A stretch of DNA of 64,000 nucleotides from an uncultured Candidatus Saccharibacteria bacterium (GTDB lineage Bacteria > Patescibacteriota > Minisyncoccia > Phycocordibacterales > CAIZLB01). Position numbers and translations under genes: made by a program. Positions 58,073 through 64,000 of this stretch are shown piece by piece. The first letter of the stretch is position 1; each line of letters begins with the position of its first letter. The notes beneath the pieces were generated by a model, which was not told where the DNA came from, ran no database searches, and worked only from the letters and a program-made list of their open reading frames with translations. The stretch lies in NCBI GenBank assembly GCA_964450605.1, contig CAYVEK010000001.1, positions 224,597 through 288,596 on the forward strand, written 5' to 3'.

Positions 58073-58771
58073 ATGAAACCAGAACCTAGAAAAATAGACG
58101 AAATTGAACGAGATCAGCTTGCTTCCCCCTTCGGTAGAGACCTTGGACTTATCCACGAAGTTCTTGTTGCTGTTCGTAACAATGAAAACGTCGGTCGTGC
58201 CTTTTGGCAACTACTGCACGAGTCCGGCGAAGCCTTGACTCGTGCAGTTGAAGCGGCCCTTACGTTTCCAACCCAAACCATTAGTCTGAAGAAGGCTCTT
58301 CTCCCTATCGACAGGTTGATTGCTGAATGTGCCGTGAGCACCCCTGGTATGATCTACGGCTCTAATGCCTACGATGTCCGTGTCAGAGGTGAAATAAAAG
58401 TAGATGAAGGAGAGATCGGATATGATGAAGATACTCTTCCTGTGAGTCTGTATCGTGTTCCTCGCGATACAACCATACGCGCCATCAGCCATCAATTGGC
58501 AGGCCTTCATTATCGTCCTGCCCGACTCGCCGAAACACTCATCTATGCCGCCGAAAATCGCAAGGTGGATTTTTTCAACGAAGGATATATCCTCTGCCTT
58601 CAAGACGTCACTGTAGACGGGAAAGATGTGAAAGTGTACATCTGGAAATCTTCAGGTTACAGAGTTGGTGGCGACAGAAGAGGCATCGATACTCAGGAAG
58701 GTAATGAAATAAAGCTCGGTGACCGCTCACTTTATATTCCCTGCGTTAAATTGCACCGCAAGAAGAAATAA
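58073..58771 (+). CDS. hypothetical protein (GC-rich islet gene)
   Basis: ~230 aa beginning MKPEPRKIDEIERDQ. Markedly GC-rich. Followed by a GC hairpin plus T7. The track start at 57953 is trimmed because the 5' part overlaps the ychF promoter region in AT-rich sequence. Confidence 0.35.
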   Translation: MKPEPRKIDEIERDQLASPFGRDLGLIHEVLVAVRNNENVGRAFWQLLHESGEALTRAVEAALTFPTQTISLKKALLPIDRLIAECAVSTPGMIYGSNAYDVRVRGEIKVDEGEIGYDEDTLPVSLYRVPRDTTIRAISHQLAGLHYRPARLAETLIYAAENRKVDFFNEGYILCLQDVTVDGKDVKVYIWKSSGYRVGGDRRGIDTQEGNEIKLGDRSLYIPCVKLHRKKK

Positions 58772-58914
58772 CTCCAACCCTACCGTGTGCGCTGAGCTAC
58801 CAAGCTCTGGTGCGCCGGTGGTTTTTTTATTTACAAGTTTATAGCAAACTCAAACACTACCATCTCATATCGCCTTGTGTTCATACCATGCCGACTGAGA
58901 GGTTTATGGGATGA

Positions 58915-58949
58915 ATATAACACAAAAACCTTTGTTTATAAAGGGTTTT
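58915..58949. repeat. 34-nt hairpin-terminator repeat, copy A (identical to 60651..60685)
   Basis: ATATAACACAAAAACCTTTGTTTATAAAGGGTTTT: an AAACCTTT/AAAGGGTTT stem flanked by A- and T-runs, overlapping the stop codon of 58948..60642. Confidence 0.6.
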
Positions 58950-60642
58950 ACTCACTAACCGCCTTAAATGAATTCAGAAGCTGATACAAACCGGCTGTAT
59001 CCATTTTTTTAACCGCTTCTGCACCCCTTATATTAAAACTAATAGTAAACACATAACCTGAGGTACGAGTACGCGCCACGATAGTTTTTTCCATATAATC
59101 TGCAGGCATCCAGCTTACTTGACCATACAACTTTGATGAATATTCATGAATATAGTACGTATTACCATTATATTTTGTTATATATGCTTTATCAAAAGTA
59201 GAAACAAGAGCCCCTTGTCTAACCTGTTCATCTTGTATAGATAACTCAGAATTCATATCTTCAATCTGTTTCTTTACCATATTTGCAAGTGCTTCGTTAG
59301 AATCAGCATTGAAAATAAGAGAGCTTGCATCGAAAGTTGTGGCATTTATAGCGGTAAATTCTAAACTTTTCGGGCCACTGTGTAGTGAAAAAATTTCTTC
59401 ATACGCATTTGTTTTAAAATTACCAACAGTTCTATTGGCAATAGGTTCAAATCCATCTGGTTTAACATACGAAATCGTTGTGGATGGCCCAGCAAAAGAT
59501 ATACGTTTAGTGATCGTAGGTTTTGCAATCTTCTTATCAGAAGACACGAGTTTATTATTCACTGCAGTAATAATTGGTTTTTTTCTTAAACTTTTAATCT
59601 GCATTGAGCGCAAGAAAAAATCAGTAGTTTTATCTGTATATGTATCCACATCACCGAAAGTGACAACATAGAGAGATCCGTTTTTAAATACATATGCGTG
59701 TTGACTTTTTTTACCCAAAACACCGTCTTCAAAATCAATTACATACACTTTGTCACCTCGTATTGTTTTGATGCGAGCATCTACAATAATTGCACTTTGA
59801 TTATAATTTCCAAAATAATTTATGGCCAAATTTTTAAGTTCAGTGTTGTTTTTTGCCTGAATTATCCATCTGTAAGTTCCTATTTTATCAAAATCAATAG
59901 TATGCACATTAATATATTGGTTACGAATATTTTGTAAATAGACAGAATTATCATTATTTTGATTTTCAGCTACCGGAATTTCATAACCCTCAGGTACAGT
60001 ATATGTGACTGTACTTACATCACCATTTATAGAAAAAGTTTTACCTACATATGTTGTTTTTTGACTAAGATCTTTAACCTTAAATGATCTCATAAATGAG
60101 TCAAATAGGAGTATGTTTTTAAGTTTATCCTGAAGAACAGAGTCAACAAAAGAAACTCCATACAAATGGTTATTTTTAATCAAAATTGCAACTTTTATAA
60201 CAAATTTTCTGGATTCAGGTGTAATAATTGCGGTGATATATTTATCAGATCCCATCTTTTCAATTTTTATATCATTAATATCGTCTTTTGAAATCTTTTC
60301 CACACTCAGCACAGAAAAATATCTATAAACAACATCAGACATCTGCTGTTCAGTTTTAATAGTGTTTATATCTTTTATTTTGAAATCCTTAGGAATTTTT
60401 TGAACATTTATTTTAATTCCTGCGCCATCTATCGTATTATCAGAAATCGAAATATAGTTTTGTTCCGGATTTGAATCGATAATTACACCAAAATTTGAAT
60501 ATTCACTAGGTCGAGAATAACTTACTCCCAACTTTGCCGCATCACTTAAAACCTGATCTTTTGTAGATGCATCTGTGTATTCTGGAATACTACAAAAAGA
60601 AAAAATTGCAACAACAACATATAGATAGATATTTAACTTCAT
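58948..60642 (-). CDS. large secreted hypothetical protein
   Basis: Signal peptide (MKLNIYLYVVVAIFSFCSIPEYTDAS), 564 aa, Asn/Lys/Ile-rich, no catalytic motif recognised. Flanked on both sides by the identical hairpin repeat. Confidence 0.45.
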   Translation of the reverse strand: MKLNIYLYVVVAIFSFCSIPEYTDASTKDQVLSDAAKLGVSYSRPSEYSNFGVIIDSNPEQNYISISDNTIDGAGIKINVQKIPKDFKIKDINTIKTEQQMSDVVYRYFSVLSVEKISKDDINDIKIEKMGSDKYITAIITPESRKFVIKVAILIKNNHLYGVSFVDSVLQDKLKNILLFDSFMRSFKVKDLSQKTTYVGKTFSINGDVSTVTYTVPEGYEIPVAENQNNDNSVYLQNIRNQYINVHTIDFDKIGTYRWIIQAKNNTELKNLAINYFGNYNQSAIIVDARIKTIRGDKVYVIDFEDGVLGKKSQHAYVFKNGSLYVVTFGDVDTYTDKTTDFFLRSMQIKSLRKKPIITAVNNKLVSSDKKIAKPTITKRISFAGPSTTISYVKPDGFEPIANRTVGNFKTNAYEEIFSLHSGPKSLEFTAINATTFDASSLIFNADSNEALANMVKKQIEDMNSELSIQDEQVRQGALVSTFDKAYITKYNGNTYYIHEYSSKLYGQVSWMPADYMEKTIVARTRTSGYVFTISFNIRGAEAVKKMDTAGLYQLLNSFKAVSE

Positions 60643-60650
60643 GAGATTAT

Positions 60651-60685
60651 ATATAACACAAAAACCTTTGTTTATAAAGGGTTTT
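60651..60685. repeat. 34-nt hairpin-terminator repeat, copy B
   Basis: Identical sequence to copy A, with one extra T in the T-run. Overlaps the stop codon of the SPFH gene. Confidence 0.6.
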
Positions 60686-61569
60686 TATTTCTTCACCCCA
60701 CCCTCAATCCCCGCCACAATCTGTTGCATGATGTCATGTGTTTTTGAAACACTTGAATCAATAAAGATAACTTTACTATTATCAGCCATACCAACACTTT
60801 TAATAGTATCTAGATATTGAGTCAAAGTAAGCGTGGCAATAATCTCAGATGTATTTTGCTTTGTAATACCTTGAACCGCTTCTATAGACTGCCGTAAACC
60901 ATTTGCAATAGCCATACGTTCAAGTGCAATACCTTCTCCTTGCAGTCTCTTACGCTCTCGCTCTCCTTCCGCCTCTTTGACTGCCTGTATCTTAGCTGCC
61001 TCACCTTTATTTTCAGCTGCTCGTCGAAGTTGTTCTGACGCAACTACTTCTGACATGGCATTTGTGATAGTTACAGGAAATGTAACATTTGTGATCTGAA
61101 AACTATGAATACGCATTCCCCAATCTTTGAACTGTGTCTCAAGATCTCCTTTTATATGTTGTGCAAGCTCTTCTTTTTTCTCAAGCAAACTCTCATGTGT
61201 CTCTTGTGCTACATATGTTCTCAAAGAGTTTTCTATACTTGCTTCTATAGATCGAACACGATCATCAAGCTCATACACATATCGTTTTACTCCATCGAGT
61301 CCTTGATCTACTGAAAAGATGAGGTTTGTACCGATAGTTGTGATAACTTTATCTTTTGATGGATAATTTCCTTGTAGGGCAAAGTTTTGTTGTCGCAAAC
61401 TTACTCGCTCTCGGATGGATTCAAATATAGGAATAATCATATTGAAGCCGGCTGTCATACTTCGACGATATTTTCCTAAAAATTCAACAACTGCAACAGT
61501 GTTTTGGTCGATAATACGGATACTAAATATAAGTATAAGTACAATAAGTACAATGATTGGATATGCCAT
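60685..61569 (-). CDS. SPFH/band-7 (stomatin/prohibitin-like) domain protein
   Basis: N-terminal TM helix, SPFH core (VAVVEFLGKYRRS...IFSVDQGLDGVKRYVYEL) and a C-terminal coiled coil with an EGERE/KRLQ pattern. Confidence 0.75.
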   Translation of the reverse strand: MAYPIIVLIVLILIFSIRIIDQNTVAVVEFLGKYRRSMTAGFNMIIPIFESIRERVSLRQQNFALQGNYPSKDKVITTIGTNLIFSVDQGLDGVKRYVYELDDRVRSIEASIENSLRTYVAQETHESLLEKKEELAQHIKGDLETQFKDWGMRIHSFQITNVTFPVTITNAMSEVVASEQLRRAAENKGEAAKIQAVKEAEGERERKRLQGEGIALERMAIANGLRQSIEAVQGITKQNTSEIIATLTLTQYLDTIKSVGMADNSKVIFIDSSVSKTHDIMQQIVAGIEGGVKK

Positions 61570-61711
61570 GGGGTTGATTATAGCATTTTTAGATGCCTAG
61601 GGCGACGGATTCTCAACGTGGACACTTTTATATATGTGTGATATTGTTATCGACAGCACCTTATACACTTCCGTAAAGGTCACCTACCTAAACCAAATAC
61701 CGCACACCAAC

Positions 61712-62353
61712 CATATGGAACCCTCCAAACAACGCCCTATAAGTAGGGGATTCTCCAGCACCGGCAATGCCAGTTGCTCCATCGAAATCAAAAACCTCAC
61801 CCGCGAAGAGCACGATTGGGTTGACGCAATGCTCCTTGGGGGAAGATGGATCAAGGTCGGGCAAGATGGCAGGCTGGAATCTCGACTGCCATTTGAACCA
61901 CTTCCTGATCCTGTCGCAGATCCTCTCATGCAACCGTTCTGGCAGGCCGCCTCGTTTTCGGCGAGTGGAGCCAACCTGCAACCCGAACTGATCGAAAAAC
62001 CTTTTGCTGTCGAATTGCACAGCATCCCAGGTATAATAATCGGTCACGTTTGTGGATACTACTACACCCCTGAGAAATATCAGTCCGAGTGTGCCAAACT
62101 CAAAGAATACGGCTTCATTCAAATGCGAAGCCAACGAGGTCAAGATAGTCGCTACACCGAACATTGGTATTTGGCAAGTGAGTGGCATGCCGAAGGTGCC
62201 CTGAAAGATTTTATCCAAGGTCTCCGGACCAAAAAGAAATCCATCTCAGCACAAGAGTTGACTCGAGAGATCGTACACTTCTTGTGTCAAAAGTGCCTCT
62301 TCGGCACCTTGGATATACTCACCCAGAGGGCTGCCATGCCTATTCCTGAGTGA
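61712..62353 (+). CDS. hypothetical protein (GC-rich islet gene)
   Basis: ~213 aa from the internal Met (MEPSKQRPI). GC-rich. Followed by a GCCGA...TCGGC hairpin plus T-run. Confidence 0.3.
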   Translation, partial: HMEPSKQRPISRGFSSTGNASCSIEIKNLTREEHDWVDAMLLGGRWIKVGQDGRLESRLPFEPLPDPVADPLMQPFWQAASFSASGANLQPELIEKPFAVELHSIPGIIIGHVCGYYYTPEKYQSECAKLKEYGFIQMRSQRGQDSRYTEHWYLASEWHAEGALKDFIQGLRTKKKSISAQELTREIVHFLCQKCLFGTLDILTQRAAMPIPE

Positions 62354-62400
62354 ACCCCCCCAACTCGCCCGACGCCGACCAAAATCGGCTAGGGCTTTTT

Positions 62401-63252
62401 TTATTTCCCCTCCCCTCGAACCAACTTCGTATATGCCAAAGACATATAAATATACGTCAACGGAGTTATGGCGAACACACCTATGACTATAGCTGTAAAC
62501 GAACTAAGTATTCTATATGAAAATGTGGGCGTATATTTATCTATCACAAATGAATTTATAAATTCGACAGGACTTATAAGATAATGTATACCCGATGTGA
62601 CCAAAGCGCCTGTAACAACGATGGATACAAAGCCAAGAACCGCCTTCCATACTGTTTTTCTATGAGCCTCCCCTAGCCGAATAGACTCTTGCACAGAATC
62701 AAGCGGTTTTAATCCTCGACTAAAGTAAATATTTAAAGGAAAAAATATCTTACTTAAATTTATATATGAACCATATACAATAAGAGCGACACCAAGTATA
62801 ACCGCCGGCATCACCATCCATAGACCCCAAGAATTTTCAAATATAGTAGCAAGATATATCAAAAAACCACCTGGAACAAATGCGAGTATGAGATTGTATA
62901 AAGCATACACAACATAATACAAGAACAATTGTACAAAACTAAGAAGATTCATTCTCTGAAATAGGACACTTTGTTTTATATCTATCTCCTGTCCATCAAT
63001 ATGTTTCTGAAATGTACGTATAGCAGCTGGTGTATATAAAAAAGTTTGAATAACCGCCAAAAGCACAATAGCCAAACGGAAAAACCATAGCACAGTTCTT
63101 CCCCAACCACTAAAACTATCAACATAGACGAACTCAGCCCCGATAATAACCACAAGGGCTAAGCATTGACATATCAGTATCGGTCGTATAGTTTGTAAAA
63201 TGAAAGAAAATCTTGTCTTATATAGAGTAAGTGTTTCTCGTAATGTAAGCAT
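62401..63252 (-). CDS. hypothetical polytopic membrane protein
   Basis: 283 aa with at least six TM helices. No motif recognised. Confidence 0.4.
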   Translation of the reverse strand: MLTLRETLTLYKTRFSFILQTIRPILICQCLALVVIIGAEFVYVDSFSGWGRTVLWFFRLAIVLLAVIQTFLYTPAAIRTFQKHIDGQEIDIKQSVLFQRMNLLSFVQLFLYYVVYALYNLILAFVPGGFLIYLATIFENSWGLWMVMPAVILGVALIVYGSYINLSKIFFPLNIYFSRGLKPLDSVQESIRLGEAHRKTVWKAVLGFVSIVVTGALVTSGIHYLISPVEFINSFVIDKYTPTFSYRILSSFTAIVIGVFAITPLTYIYMSLAYTKLVRGEGK

Positions 63253-63307
63253 GTTTTCTATGGTATCACAGCTTCGATTTTCTGTATATTTTGCTATACT
63301 TAGTACT

Positions 63308-64000
63308 ATGATAAAAAGCTACACAAATGACGCCGGAACAACATGGCGACTCCTAACATCTCCAACATCCGATGAGATAAAAACCATCATGACTGAGATG
63401 AATATTCCAAACGAATATTTTGAAGAAATCAGTACACCTACACCCCAGCCACTCTGTCTCGAATTTGGTGATACAACCTATGCAGTTTTTCATATACCAA
63501 TAGCTTCGAAGAAAACAAACAGTGGATTTGAAGAATCTGAAGTTGATGTGTTGATAGATGGTAAAACTATAACAACCATCGTCTACACTTCTCCTGAAAA
63601 CCTACACATTCCTATAGAAAAAATACTTCAAAAAAATAAATCTGACCACCCTGCCGAGATGTGGTGGCATATATTAACAGAAATGTATAACCATATACAC
63701 CAACAAGTTGATGGCTTTATTGTTGAAGTAAAAGGATTGCGAGAAAAGGTGTTTACTAAACGAGAGCAGATCAAAGCCGTCTCTGTTATTCATCGAGCAT
63801 ACTTAGCTCTTGATCTTGCCCTATCAACTCATGAAGATATCATCCTTTCTATACACGAAACTGAACACCCTGGTGCAGAGAAAGGAACTCCCCGATCATG
63901 GAGTAAGGTACGAGGTGAATACCACCGGCTCACACAAAAACTAGCGAAACTTGGCGCGTATGTACACGAGTTACGTGACACACAAAACAGTTTGATCTCA
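63308..64000 (+). CDS. hypothetical protein, possibly the N-terminal cytoplasmic domain of a CorA-like transporter (partial, runs off the window)
   Basis: Open frame from ATG 63308 to the window end, absent from the ORF track only because no stop is reached. The pattern resembles the CorA N-terminal domain (TWRLLTSPTSDEIKTIMTEMNIP). No TM segments fall within the window. Confidence 0.3.
   Translation, partial: MIKSYTNDAGTTWRLLTSPTSDEIKTIMTEMNIPNEYFEEISTPTPQPLCLEFGDTTYAVFHIPIASKKTNSGFEESEVDVLIDGKTITTIVYTSPENLHIPIEKILQKNKSDHPAEMWWHILTEMYNHIHQQVDGFIVEVKGLREKVFTKREQIKAVSVIHRAYLALDLALSTHEDIILSIHETEHPGAEKGTPRSWSKVRGEYHRLTQKLAKLGAYVHELRDTQNSLIS

Noticed and set aside
56816-58210. 464-aa version of ychF
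   Set aside because: The first 102 codons have no YchF homology and an odd Cys/Trp/Tyr-rich composition. The P-loop begins right after the internal Met (MNLSCGIVGLPNVGKS). The ORF was trimmed to 56816..57904.
1-64000. CRISPR arrays, rRNA genes, integrases or transposases
   Set aside because: Searched by eye for regularly spaced direct repeats, 16S/23S-like conserved strings, and tyrosine/serine recombinase or DDE motifs. None was found. The only exact repeats are the two hairpin pairs reported.

Overview
This 64 kb window is a low-GC (roughly one-third G+C by eye) bacterial chromosome segment dominated by compact housekeeping genes, mostly translation-related. Recognised genes: infA, gltX, dnaJ, efp, aspS, htpX, valS, def, fmt, rpmA, an rpsA-like S1 protein, pth, lepB, rnr, trpS, lysS, rpoD, dnaG, greA and ychF. 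Also present are an M23 peptidase, PlsC-type acyltransferases, a PIF1-like helicase, a UvrD-type helicase fused to a nuclease, a short SMC, a LemA/TPM pair, an orphan histidine kinase and two tRNA genes (Ser-GGA, Gln-TTG). The short synthetases (AspRS without the GAD insertion, a 716 aa ValRS), the reduced SMC, many small membrane proteins and apparently leaderless starts suggest a small-genome organism, plausibly Patescibacteria/CPR-like; this is an inference. No CRISPR array, rRNA, integrase or transposase was seen. Non-housekeeping content of interest: (1) scattered GC-rich single-gene islets bounded by GC-rich hairpin terminators, two of them beside the tRNA genes; (2) a duplicated module in which a conserved hairpin resembling a tRNA acceptor/T-arm minihelix plus a convergent small two-TM peptide gene follows both def and fmt; (3) a minus-strand operon encoding a MazF/PemK-fold toxin, an EVE domain protein, a HAD phosphatase, an acyltransferase and a histidine kinase, starting beside tRNA-Gln; (4) a convergent YfbR-like HD 5'-deoxynucleotidase / nucleoside 2-deoxyribosyltransferase pair; (5) a HisRS-like paralog with degenerate catalytic motifs; (6) several ORF-free structured regions that are candidate small RNAs (28.4 kb with promoter plus terminator, a GC-rich ~330 nt 3' region at 48.0-48.4 kb, and 14.9-15.7 kb). 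All protein calls rest on motif recognition by eye, not on database searches.
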